Positions 41,801-55,000 of a stretch of 64,000 bases of DNA are shown here, piece after piece. The stretch comes from Blasia pusilla. Taxonomy: Eukaryota. Each line of letters begins with the position of its first letter. Position 1 is the stretch's first letter. The stretch is from the NCBI GenBank assembly GCA_050084515.1, contig CM114271.1, forward strand, positions 14,818,001-14,882,000, read 5' to 3'. The notes below the pieces were generated by a model that worked only from the letters and a program-made list of their open reading frames with translations, was not told where the DNA came from and ran no database searches. The position numbers and the translations under genes are program-made.

Positions 41801-43787
41801 CTGTATCCATTCTTCCAAATGGAGACTTGTATGGCTTTGGAGACCAAGATCCACTCCACAATGGCAAAAAAGCCATTAACCCATTGGACATATGTGCTGC
41901 CATGCTAGTGCTTAGTGACTAGCATGCGTCGTTTTCCTACATGACATTTTTTTATAGCCATTATAAAATCGAGGAGCATGGCTTGAAGTGGAATAATTTG
42001 AATAGGACTGACAGGAAGAATTGGGTTGGTCCATAACGGATAGCATCCAGAAGAGTGCAAACTTGCTTCCAACACATGTTTGAGCAACAAGATGTTCGGC
42101 ATGATAGAAGCTTTGGGACTAAGTTGTACCTTGAGATTTCTATAGATCACATTGAAATTTTCTTCTCTGCTACGCATGACTTGTGAACTCGTATAGTATT
42201 GGCATCTAAGGTATCTTGGTTTTTCCGTTTTTGGAGGTTGTGGTTGAGGTGCGGTGACCATTCTATGATAGGGAATACAAGATATGTCACATAAAAAAAA
42301 TATGATCTCTATTCAGGATTTCCATGATATCAACATGTCTTGCCATTTCATTATACTCTTAGTTTGTGCAATCCAAGACAAGTTTCCATATCTTCAAGTT
42401 CCATTTCACTTGCTAGGATCTGATTGCTGTGAGATTTTCTTCAGCAAGGTAGGTGGCATGAGTGGTCATGAAAGGAACTAAGACTTTGGATCTCTACTAG
42501 ATAATGCAGTAGGAGTGAATCAAAAGGCTAGCCTAGAGTATGGACCGGAAGGATAAAAGATACGTCGTTCACATCATAAGCAAGATCACGTTTGGGAAAA
42601 ATTGCATCCTCTTGGTGATGGAGACGAGGCTCCAAATCTATTTGATTATTCATTGGTTGGGACTAATGAGTTGGTTGTTGATGCTCTTAAAGAAGGGTTG
42701 GATGCAGCAAAAGATCTTTTGTAGTTGTTGAATATGTCTCCAAGGAGTTCCTTGCCAATTGCAAAAAGAAGGTGGTGGGTGCATCCCTGGGATGTGGAGG
42801 TCGAGACATGGATTGATTTAGCTTCAATAAGGGAAGTAGTGTCATGTGATGATGTGAAAGAACATGAAGATCACCAATCCACAATAGGGTCTCCAATATA
42901 TGAGTAGCAAACTGGGGATTTTTTGGATTTTGAGGACCCATTGGAAGATTTGAATCAGATTGATTATTGGGTTGTAGAGGAAAGTTGTGATATCACTGTT
43001 CCTTTCATAATAGATAAAAAAGAGATACATGTCGACATTGACCCAAAATCCATTGAGATGGAGATATTAGGACATGAAGTAAGGCTTGCGTTTGCATTTG
43101 TTCAAGCCGAAGTGACTAATGTGGCAATTCCCCATGCAATAGTGTCGATTGTAACTTATGAGGGCAAGATTATCTATAAATATGCCCTTGTAAGTTAAAT
43201 GTCTCGCAATCCTTTCATGTCAAAGGATAGGCTTACTCGAATAGCCCAAAAGACATATAACACTACTGGCGAGGGAAAGAAGCGGGATCCTAATTGTCCA
43301 ACTTGTTTGGTTGATATTGGTACTGACATTGCAATTTTGTTTGAATCCATATATTTGCAGTGACGTTGGCCCTTCCACAAGATCAAAAAAGTCAAGGAAA
43401 ATTAAGGGAAAAGAGACACAACTTGCAATGGAGGCAGGAGTTGCAAAAAAGGAGTATTGGTTGGGGCGTATTGTGTTTATGATTCAAAAGAATGGTTCGC
43501 ATTAGTCAAGACGTCATAGGGTGTTGGACTTGTTGGACAGGCGTGTACCTCCTCCTGGACAAAAGGGAAGCATTTTTCGTATTATGTGTAATTGGTACAA
43601 GTCTTCGGACCATGGTCACAACAAAACCTTATTCACTTATGATGCAACAGATGTGCAATGGATTGATATTAAAATGGTGATTTCTAATGTAAAATTGACA
43701 ATGAAATCGGGGGTACAAGATAGAATATATATACTTGATTCAGTTGACATACATGCTTTAACTACATACATTCAGAATGTGAATTGA
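38900..43787 (+). pseudogene. Degenerate multi-PHD + C2H2 + P-element-like DDE transposase gene
   Basis: PHD cassette CAICDFHGDLVICDGPCH*KFH / WYFPECTSGT*KCFKCG / CPLYTCVAC...QCLRCPKAWHLGCL...IYFPDH. C2H2-like CLECQ..FSNFK..H and NLRQHLVSHDH. Catalytic-like motifs FAEDET (41305), HASDGD (41701), DQDPLHNGKK (41842), GSDCCEIFFS (42419). Many stops and frameshifts. Probable intron at ~41334-41425. Confidence 0.75.
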
Positions 43788-44183
43788 TCTTGGTGAGTTT
43801 TTTTTATGTTTGAGACATGTTGGAGTAAATATTTTGTGGATTGTGCTTAGAGTGTACTTGACACTCTAGAATTGTGAGTAGGATAGTGGGAGGGAGTACG
43901 CTAGGGGGATGACAGATTGGATGATTGAGCTTCTTGCTCAATTAGGGGTTCAATTCCCCTATGTCATAATGTAAGGACAAAATGTTGGATGTTAACTTAA
44001 CTTTGTACTTTTCTTTTCTTTCAAGGCCTTATTTATTTCAAGTGATTGCTTTACTTGAAGAATTTTAGTGATAAAAAAAATGAAAATGATTACTTGAAAG
44101 TAAATAAAGGTAAGAAGAAAAAAGTAACTTATAAGTTAGGGAATCTAGACCCTAAAACGTCGCAGGTGATGTAGAGCCTTTTG

Positions 44184-45520
44184 GAGAATTTTTGAATGTA
44201 GGTTTTGCTAGATATTTGAGTGCTAGAGTCCAAATTCCCTCGTGGAAGTGGATCGATGTGGCTCAATATGCCGATGTCGATCCAAGAGGGATTTGGCCAG
44301 GTGTGTTTTTTACTTTGATTTTATTGTATGGTATTTGTATATATACATGAATCTATTTTATATGTTTACGGATCTATCCATATGTTAGAAAGATCGATGA
44401 TGTTTGGTGTGTAGATGTGATCAACAATGTGGATGGTAGAGCGATGAGTATGCGTACGATAACTTTCATGAATAGTTTGTAATCGCAAGCAACCTCACCT
44501 AAAGGACAATATAGAACTAGAAAGGAGAAGATAAGTAAAGAAATTTATTGATCAAGATATATGAAGAAAGATGTTTCATTGAGAATTTTTGTGTATTGTA
44601 TTATCAAGTTTCTACTTGAAACAAATTTTAATGAGCATAATTTGTATTTATATGTTTTCTGAAGCGTGACATAGGTTTGGTTTGTGAGTCTCATAAGGTG
44701 ATGGTATGTGATATATGAATCAAATAAGTCATATATCCTGGTTATAAAACAAAGAATTTGTTCTAGTGTAACCAACATGCAAAAGCTATCATTTTGGGCT
44801 ATTTTTTTGGGAAGATATTTGTTCATTCTTCCCAAGGATTTAAATGGTGACGAGATGGTCTTACTAACCATCTTTCTCATGTTGAGCCTTTGGAACACTC
44901 ATCTTTTGGGATTTGAGAGTAGCTTTAGAATTAGAGTTTGGATTTTCTCATCATGGAGGATGGATATGGCTTGATAAATATATATAGATCTAGGGTGGGA
45001 TTCGATGTGTGAGCCATTTTTACTTTGATGCTGCTATATGGTCTTGGTATATACATGTGAGTATATTTTTTGATGTGTATAAATCTATGTGTGTATTGGG
45101 GAGATCAAAGGTATTTGTTGTGTGGATATGAATAGCGAGAGTAATGTGTAGGGATGTGTATAAGAACAATATCTCTCTAGATAGGGGCCCTTTGGGGCCG
45201 ACTCGTTTGGAGCCTAAATGATTCATAAAGGAGGGGCCGAGGGAGTAAACTTGAGCCTCTTATAAGGAGAGGCTTGAGTTTTCTTAGAAGGAGAGAGCAT
45301 GTTTTCCATCACGCATATTATTGAGGTTCATCTTCCTCTTTCTATAAGGAAGGAGGTTTGGTTTGATACATGAGAGAAAGTACTTGCGCACGAATTTATT
45401 AGAGATCATTTGATATATGATTCTATGGATGTGTGTATATGTGTATATGTGTGTGGTTTCTAAGTTGTTTAGCTTGTTGGATGGTGACAAAGATGTGTGG
45501 GCACAACCCATACCTTTTCA
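44184..45520 (+). mobile_element. Fragments of PHD-gypsy terminal repeats (partial A+B, several copies)
   Basis: 44215-44460 and 44780-45165 resemble parts of 4960-5352, e.g. GGCTCAATATGCCGATGT and CCATCTTTCTCATGTTG.GCC.TTGGA.CAC. 45340-45375 resembles 7600-7635. Confidence 0.65.
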
Positions 45521-46024
45521 CAACTTGGCTATTCTATGATTATTGACTTTTTCTCATGTTCTCTCATCACTATATCTTCTAATGCACAATGATGAAGAAC
45601 CACGTTAGAGCCCCTTCAATCAAGTATACAGTCTAACAAATATAAAAGAAATTTCTAATAACATCGAAGACTCTAGATTTTCCCTCCTCTCAAGAATTCC
45701 CAAATATATGGTAGAAGGTCACACTCATGCATCATAGAATGGAGAAATGCATGCTTGGATTGAAGGTAATCTTTCAATTTTTCTTCATTTCTCTCACAGT
45801 CATGTACATTGGTATGTGCCACTTACAGACCAAAGGCCCCTTTACGCCACATCTACTCCTTAATAATCTAGATTTCCTCATTCAACTTCATCTTGATTTC
45901 AAGTGTATACTAGAGATCCAAGAATTTATGCTAATTTGACAAGATCCTCGATCATATTTGGTCCTACTTGTTACTCGTCTTACTAAGAAAATTGTCCACC
46001 ATGGTATCCAAATCATTGTACTAT

Positions 46025-49000
46025 TGTGAGAAAATAGAATGTGAATAAATCACTAAAGTGGACAACGAATCTTGAAGATAGAAAGAAGCCTAGTCCATCC
46101 GTGCGCTCACAATATAGCTTCTATAGAACCTTAACTTAGAGAAATTTTGGCATACAAGAATGTGCTATTGTTGCAGTTTCCCAACTATGTCACTACTAGG
46201 GTTTTTAACCTTTCTTCTTTAAATTATATTTATAGAAAAGTCTTGTACCAGAATGTAAGATAGGGTTAGATCATCATAATAATGCTACTCCATAAACCAC
46301 ATATATCATATTACCATAACTCCTTTAACGTTTAAGTCGAGACCATCAATCTAGGATTTTCCTCATACAAGGGGTTGTTTAAATAAATACGAAGTGGATG
46401 TTGAGAATCCAATACTCCCTAAATATCCATTCTTAAGTGGACTAATATTTTGGACCAATTATGAGACCATTGAAATCATGCTAAAGTTAATCTCCTATGA
46501 GAGCTTTGGTGAAGATGTCTCCACACTTCTCCTTTGTTGGAGAATATACTAATTTCAATATCTCTTTCTCAATCAACTCATAAACAAAATGATATCAGAT
46601 TTCTATGTTTTTAGTATGAGCATGAAATACAAGATTATACACGATGGCATTGCAACTTCGATTGTCACACCATATTAAGATAACACTTTTTGGTGATTCT
46701 CCTATGTTCTCCAATATCCATATCAACAATATTGCTTCATATAAAGCATAATAAAACACATTGTACTCCTCCTCGAATTGGTAGAAGAGATAGCCACTAC
46801 ATATTGCTCCTTGCTGATCCCTTATAATACACCTAATCGTATTAATTATTTAATAATTAGAAACAAATCTTCAAAAATATGAGTCTCTTGCCCAATATGA
46901 GTCTCAAAAGCTTGTAATCTTTGTCCCTACTCTATAGATGATGCTATAATTGATAGTGCCTTTGATGTACTTCAACACATGCATCTCTGCCTTCTGATGT
47001 TTCTCACAAGGCTTAAATGAGAACCAACTCAATCCATCCACAACAAAACTCATACATGGTCGTGTGTTACATAAAAATATCAAATTGTCCTTTAGCCTTC
47101 TATACATCTTTTCATCTATCAACAATGAAACATCCTACATTGATGAGATTACTTCCTTACACTCAATCATCCCAAATACTTTCACGATTTCTCAAGCATA
47201 TGTTTGATGAGAAAGAAAAATAAAATTTGATAGTTGCAGAATCTTGAGGCCAACAAAGTAATGCAAAAGACTTGAATCTCACATTTCAATACTTCCTTTA
47301 TTTCCTCTATTTTCTTAGTGAGATATCCTATGCTAATGAGATCATCCAAATAAAGGAAAATTAATATATATATCATATCTTTGCAAAACACCTACAAATT
47401 TGCTTATGAGGGACTTTTAGTGAGACACATCTCTTTGAAGAATGTATCTGTTTGTTAATACCACACCTTGGGGACTTGCTTTAGCCCATACAATGCTCAA
47501 TGAAGTATGTATATTTTCTCTTCTAATCCAAGTGTCTCAAAGCCGGGTAGTTGAGACACGTATATACATCTTCTTAAGACTCCCGGATAGAAATACAAAT
47601 TCACATCATATTGGTGTACATGCGAGCGTCTTGTTCCCATGATAGCTAGAAAAATTTGAATGGTTTTAATCCTTGCATTAGGAGAAATAGTCTCACAATA
47701 ATAAAAACCTTCAATCTAAGAATAGCCTTGTGCAACCAACTTTGCTTGGAGTTTATCCAACATATTGTATGACTTGTATTTGGTCTTGTGTATCCATTTG
47801 GTGTGAATTATATCCATGTCCTTTCATTCACAAAGTCAAAGCTTGATTTCTTTGAATAGTGTCCATCTCCATCCGCATGGCCTCTTTCTAGCAAGAATCA
47901 ATTAAAGTCTCATCCAAGCATGACGGTTCTTCCATCTTCAAGACCTCTACCATTACGACCAGGTTGATAAGATGTGCGGAAGCTCTATTTTTCTCCTCTT
48001 GTCTCTTGGATCTGTATGAGTGTGTAGCTACTTCATCCAATTTTTGGTAGATCCTCACCGTCCAAGAGTTTCCTTATTTACTAAGGGCATGATCGTATGA
48101 CAATCGTAGTGGAATAGCGCCTGCTCTTTGTACTCATCACCAAATTATTCTTCTTGGCGATCCAATGTAAACAATTTATGATATGCTCTGATGTATTATT
48201 TCTTCATTTTAGGATAATGTAGACGGACCATTGGTGTCCGCCATTTGATCTTCATACATCACATCATGAATTACGAGCATATTGTTTCCTCGAGACACCT
48301 TAAACGATAAGCTTTAGAATCTTTAGTATATCCTATAAAGATGTACTTCTTGCTCTTGGACTTGAGCATGAGAAATGTGTGCAAAAAAGTTTCTACCAAA
48401 AGTCTTGAAGTGTGGGATTGATGGTACCTTACTTGAGTATGTTTGATGAGGAGTCATGCCTTGCATTGATTTGGTAGCACTTCTTTTTAGAATACTGACA
48501 CTTTTAGCTGAAAAGCCCTCTATCAAACCTAATGCTTTCATCTTACACCTTGCCATCTCCACTATTGTTCCAACTCTACCATAACTTCATTTTATTTTGG
48601 TGTATATGTTGTGGTTAATTTTTTCTTGATTCTATGCTCTTCTATATATTTGATGAATTGTGTTGATTGATCAGAATTAACCTCCTTGATGAGTACAAGA
48701 TTATGTACCTTCTTTCTTGTCTCAATCTCAACCATCTTGTGCCATACTTTGAACTTCCAAAAACACTTGCCTTATCCCAAACAAAATACATGCACATCTT
48801 CCTACTACAATTGTTGACAACTAAATGAAAGAAATTAGGAAGAACAACCTTATGCCATCATTTGCATTTATCATATATGTCAGCATGTATCAACTCCATC
48901 ATTTTTTGGTGAATCAGTCTCCATGCCAAAGTTTTGCAAGTGAGCAAGTAGGGGAAAGCTTAAATGATAAAATCTCCCATACTAAAACTTATTGGTACCA

Positions 49001-50731
49001 AGATATGTACATCTTTTATTTTTGAAAGCATACCACTTGTAGATATTTTCACATCGTAGTTTTTTTCCCACTACTTTTTGATTGGTATCCTGGATCACTA
49101 CTCCAAAGTTCTTGAAACAAACTTCTAATTTTTAATCGCATAATAATGCATCTAAAAGACAAATTCATGTCAAATTTGGTACGCACAAAATATTTAATAA
49201 TTTCATTTCATTTCCTTTATGTAAAACTAAAGAAACTTTACATTTCCCTTCTATTAGGCACTTTGCATTATTCCCAACAATAATGAGGATGGGCTCCTAT
49301 AGATTTTGTAAGAAGCTATACCAATCAGAATGATTTTTCATATGCCTATATACCACATTATCAAGCACCCATGCATCTTCACTGATTTCTTTTGTGCAAA
49401 ATTCTTGGATTGTTATCTAAGCATCTACATCGCATTCTTCCAATTTTTTACATATATTCTAAAATCCTTCCTAAGTCTTAAGCAAACATTTTTCTCATCT
49501 TATCTCCTCTTACCATAATCCTTGATAAGAAAACCTACTTCACCAGAAAATAAGCATTTTAAGGCTTTATTTGGAAGTTTTTTTCTTGAGATTTGAACTA
49601 AAATCCTAATTCCTTCCTCTTTTTATGTTGGATGTAAATGCATAATTATTTCCCCTCTAGCTTACAAGCGCATTCAATCTTCTATCAACATTGCACTAAA
49701 TCATCAACGTACGTGGGTCTTACTTGGGTATCCAATATTGTGACCAAAATGTCATACCTCAGAGGAAAACTTCTTATGCAAAAATGGGCCGAATCTTAGC
49801 TTGATTTCAAAATTACTATTGGGGCCATCTAATCTTAAACATTTTGCATCATAGTCAAGAATTTCTCTGCACTTTCTCTTTTTGAGAATTTCTCAAGCAT
49901 AAGTTGATTCACATGATTTTCAATTCGAGTCTCATTCTTGGCATACCAATTCTTCAGAACGTTGCATACTTCAGCAACAGTGGTCATATGTTGAATGAGA
50001 GAAATGAAAAAATAAGTTACAATTCTGACAATAGCATATAGAGCATCAACATTTTTGTATTTCCATGCTAGCGATACAAGAGGATCGATATCACCAGATG
50101 ACAATGAACATGCCAAACTCATAATAGGGTGTGGATTCAAAACAAACCTTGTGGCCATCTCCCATATCTCAAATAAAAGTTCTAATTTTGGGACTCCAAA
50201 ATATATACTTAGACCCATGTAACTTCCCTTCATCCAACGGAGGAGGGTGATCACGAACTGACGAAGAAGAAGCCATCTCTCAAGAGTTTATGCAAATGTA
50301 ATTGTGGAAAACCTATTACTTTGATAATATGTGAAAAAACATAATGTGAATAAATCAATCATAATATATGACAAATCTTGAAGAGATAAAGAGGCCTAGT
50401 TTGTCCTTGCACCCACAATAGAGCTTTGATGAAACTTGAACATGGAGAAAACGCTGTCACTATGGTTCCCCGAATCCCCGACTATGTTACTACTAGGAAA
50501 AACTAGGATTTTGGACCTATTTTCTTCACTTCTATTTATAGAAAACATTGCACTCTAATGGAAGATAGGGGACTAGATTATCATAATATCGGTACTTCAA
50601 AAACTACCTACGTTATATTACTCTCACTCCTACGATCTCTAAGTCGAGATCATGAATCTAGGCTTATCCTTATAAAGGGGGAAGTTCGTATTGACGATAG
50701 ATAATAAGTATGGGATGTTGAGAATCAAAAA
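46025..50731 (-). mobile_element. Full-length degenerate Ty1/copia LTR retrotransposon
   Basis: LTRs 50330-50731 and 46025-46414 (diverged direct repeats). 5-bp TSD ACTAT on both sides. Decayed Met-PBS next to 50329 and PPT at 46415-46420. Copia motifs LIFLCNTRP, HVLKYIKGT, LYLDDL, EMARC, FHAHTKNIEI. All frames are broken. Confidence 0.9.
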
Positions 50732-51971
50732 ACTATTACTTGCGATACCAATTGACATGTTTTTTATTTGTTGAGCTTGAAAACATGGTTCCAAGTTAGA
50801 TTTCCATCACCAAGAGAAACCCAATAAAAAAATTATTCATGTTGGATATATTTCGTCGGAAATATTCAACTAGAAAGTGATGAGGTTAGATTTATGATGC
50901 CAGAAATATTTAGTCAATTGGAAACATGTTTTCGTCGTCCAACATGAAACTTATCACATCATTTTCTCGTGTATGTTGAAAAAGCAAATGAAAAAATTGA
51001 GATCAAATATTTGTAAAAAATTCCGTGTATAATTTTTTGTTAAATTAATGATCAATATCAGTTTTAATTCATAACATGCATGAAATTATGAAATCCTGAA
51101 CCACCGGTGAATAAAAGTGAAGTTTATTTCCACGTTCGATCATTTATAGGTTATGCTGTTATTTTCTGAACTCGTTTTGTTGTGAATAGCACGGCCATCA
51201 ATGTACGTGCCCAGCCCTTACTATTAATAATAATAAGAAGGCGATTGAAGCTTTTATCGCCCTTGCTCGCACTTTACTTGGCTCACGCCTTGGAAGTTTG
51301 AGACATACGGTTACATGAGCAAAGTTGAAGTCCGGATATTCTGAAAGTCGTCTACTTGACTTTATCTGTGGAAACGACGCAATTCCTTCCGTTTCCGTAG
51401 CTCCTTTTTTAAGGCGAAAGAGGCAAGGCCCTAAAAGAGAAAGGTATTAAAAGAGACGGGTATAACAACCAGATAAGATGAACGGCACAAGAAGACCTAT
51501 AAGCAGCGCTAGGGCAGTGGGCTTCGGGCACGGGGCACCATCGCTGTCGTAGACTCTCGGAGAGCGCGTCGCTTAGCGACCAATGACTAAATAATTAACG
51601 CCGGCCGGAGGACCGGTGCCTTGCGCCTTCTTGACTTTTGGCGTCGCTTTGCGACTTGCTCATGCTGCTCGCCCTCGAGAGTCAAGTAGCTCCGGTTAGA
51701 CTCCCGGTTAACGGCAATGATGTCAGGTTAACCGGATGCTTATCGGTTAACATCGGTAAACGTTGAGGCTGTGTCGGATTTTTTTGTGTTTTTTTAAGGA
51801 TTTACTGGATATTCACTTGCTTTTATGGGGTGGGCAGAGGTCATTAGAATTTATGGTGTTTTCCACGAGTTATAGAGGGATATCACTACTATACAAAGTG
51901 AATGCTGGGATGAAAAGATTGAAACATGCCAGCTGTTTTTAATACTAGAAGAGTGGCTTTGAGAAATCCAT

Positions 51972-52044
51972 TTTCCAAAACAAGTCAGAATGCCCGTGTT
52001 ATGCACGGGCATTATACCAATTCATTAATGACTTGTTTTGGAAA
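51972..52044. repeat. Nested inverted repeat containing a Helitron-type hairpin
   Basis: Outer 16-bp IR TTTCCAAAACAAGTCA/TGACTTGTTTTGGAAA. Inner 10-bp stem AATGCCCGTG/CACGGGCATT (51989-52013). Confidence 0.7.
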
Positions 52045-55000
52045 TTTTCATTTTTTAAATTTAAATTCAGTCGTTATGTTAATTTAACTATTTGTTATAT
52101 CGCCGGAGGAAGACGACCTCAAAGCCTATCCTCTTTTGATCGTCGGCAGGTTGTGTTCCATATGAGGCAGTATTTAAGATAGGGACATTTTTAGCCAATT
52201 GTTCAGAATTTAGGGCCCATTGTTCTTTGTGTATTATTTTCAACACTAATGAAGAGGGTGCAAATCTTGCATAATTTCCATATAGTGACACGGTTACTCT
52301 CATCATCAAGCGCATCTCGAAGTGATAGGAAACCTGTCATTCGCAGCACTAGAGGACGATTTCATTTTCCAACAACGACGCTCATGATGACGATGGTCCT
52401 CGGCAAGACGCACTGTTTCAACTTTCAAAAGTGGATGTCTTCAAAGAAACCCTATTCACTAGCCCTCCACTTTACTATTGTTCATGCTGAAGTGATTGGA
52501 GACGAAACTCGAAATGAATCTCAAAATCCAAAAACTCATCTTCACATCCCTCCTTTGTATCCCGATGGGTTTCCCATCCCGGTGTGTATTCTCACCAAAA
52601 AACTCATCTTTACGCAAGTTGCGCGTCCTTACAAATGCGGGTCAGAAACAAGCGATGATGGTAAGTGAACATGGTACACTTGACGATTATATCCGTGGAC
52701 GTGTTCTTTTGCGTGCCTCTCACCTCTTCCTTTCCTTTCCTCTCCTCTCCACCAAATCACGACCGTACTACGTTCTACCGCAAAGCACAATCGCTTTGAC
52801 TAACAAGAAGACAATACTTCCCAAACTCTCAAAATCGATATCTATAAATAAATGTACTTCGACTCACAAAAGATGTTTCACACACCCTACAAATACACTA
52901 CAACAACCCTCAACCCTAAATGCCGCCTTCCCCCAACCCAAGTTACCCAACCCAACCCAACTCCAGTGGCCCCTCTCTCCTCGTGGCTCCAGATGGTTTG
53001 TCCCAATCAAAGAAGTGGTGCATCACTCCAACCATGCATCCGAATAAAAAACTCCCGCTGTCCCACACACTCCAGAGTTTATTCCATTTTCTCCGACACG
53101 TGCACGTTTTGTAGGGGGGCATAATAGGATAGATGGTAGCACACGAACGAACTCATGCGAGGAGGATGCGGATCCAGAATTAATAAGGAAAAATTAAAGA
53201 GGGTATGGGGAAGCCCTTAAGGAGTTGTCATAATTATCATTTATTATTCCAGTCTTACGACATGGAAAAAGTAAAAAACCGAGAGAAAAGTCGAAAGCTC
53301 AAGACGATGTATCATATTTCATGATCTGAAGAGTCAAAAAATCATGGCAAGTAGCAAGACCCCGCCCAAAATGAGCCCGTAAAACTAGAATAATCAGAAT
53401 TAATCATGAAATGCGAGACGAGACGGATGAATGAATGAATAAATAAAAATTAACAATCGAACCCAAACGGCTTGGAGTGGGAGAGCGAGTGAATTCACCG
53501 CTCGTGAGAAATTCCTGTCACGAGCACGAGTGGCGTGTCAACACATGGCATCCACTCTCCCCGTAAGTGGAAATGAAGGATTGAGTAGTTATGATTTTGA
53601 ATCGTAAGCGCTCCCGGAGTCCTAATTGGATCTGACCACGTGGGAAAAATCTCATCTACTCATTTATCCTTCTTATTTATTGTTCGTTTATCTATTTTTG
53701 CATCCGCATCCGAAACTCATGCCCCCCCATGCATCCTCCGGAGTCCGGTGACTGACTGGCTGACCGACTGACGGCTCTGGTCCGGTCCGGTCCGGTCCTG
53801 CTCTGCCTAAAGTCTATTTCTCTTTGTCTTTATAAGATCGCCTCTCTGATTGCAATCTGCCAATGCGATGTCGCGACATCCGACGGCTGGAGAGCCGTCC
53901 TCCGCGTCCCCCCACCCCACTCTACAGCAGAGCCTATGATATCTATTTTTGACTTTATGGTTTGAATAGTTGGTGCCTCAGTCCCTTTTTCTCCTGGGCC
54001 ATATTTGTGGCACATTTTGCACACGTGTCAATAATTGTTGGTTCCATACGAAATCTGGATTCCGGAAGTGAGTAAAGAAGTGACGGAGATAGTGATCCTT
54101 CGATCGAAAACTACTTGACGCGTTGGACCCCATGAGTGGCGTTACTTGCACATAAGGCCAAGGAATAATCCATGCATTTTACTCGGTGTCGTCGGTGGGT
54201 TTATTCCACCTCGTCTCGAAAAGCAAGGTTGTAGCTAAGTGGCGGGCTCAGCGTGACGAATGAGGGCAGAGCAGAATCCGTGATGGGTGCTCTACAATGA
54301 CCCGGATCAGTTCTCGTGGCCCACAAGCATAAAGCAATGTCAGCTCCTTTTTTCTTTACGAAAGTTGAGAAATGGAATGAATCAGCGCGAGGAAAAAGGA
54401 GGAAAAGAAACGAGAAGCAAAAGTGCCACACCTTTTGCTTTGCTTTGCTCCGCTATGCTACTCTCCGCTCCTCCTTTCCCCCCCCCCAAGGCTCCGCTTC
54501 CGTATGTTTCCTCCCCTCTCCCAACCCCAAGGAAAAGAAGCAAGACTCACCTTTTCTCGTTGTTTCTTTCGTCCTTTACATGCGCTTATTACGCCTAAGA
54601 AACCTCGATAAGATCTCCCCGCTTCCTTTTCCTTCCTCGATAGGATCGTGTATGCCACGATCGGTCACTCCCCGGCCACACAATTGCATAATGGCCGGGC
54701 ACACCCTCGATGCAAGCCACGAATACCCGATATGGGTAGATATGGGCTCCGCTTTTCGGGTGGGATCAATCTTCCGCGGAAAAGTGGAGGTTTTGATTGA
54801 TACCACCGGCGACCTTCTTTTCCGCAGCCACGTTTCCAAAAATAGACGATGTGGCTTCTTTCCAGGCGTACATCCTCGAGGAAAGAAAGCAAAAGAAAGA
54901 AAGAAAAGAAGCGTACATCCCCGAGAAAGAAGGAGGGAGGGAAGGAAGGAAGGAAGGAAAAGAAAGAAGGAGAACCCGGAAAGAAGAAAAAAGAAAAGAA

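Noticed and set aside
34447-44191. Treating the two 1.07-kb inverted arms as true TIRs of one 9.7-kb transposon
   Set aside because: The arms contain transposase coding sequence and the flanks (TCACTATA vs GAGAATTT) show no TSD.
54766-54918. Possible CLE-like peptide (KKVAGGINQNLH)
   Set aside because: Lacks the conserved R and prolines of the CLE motif. Resemblance is too weak to call.
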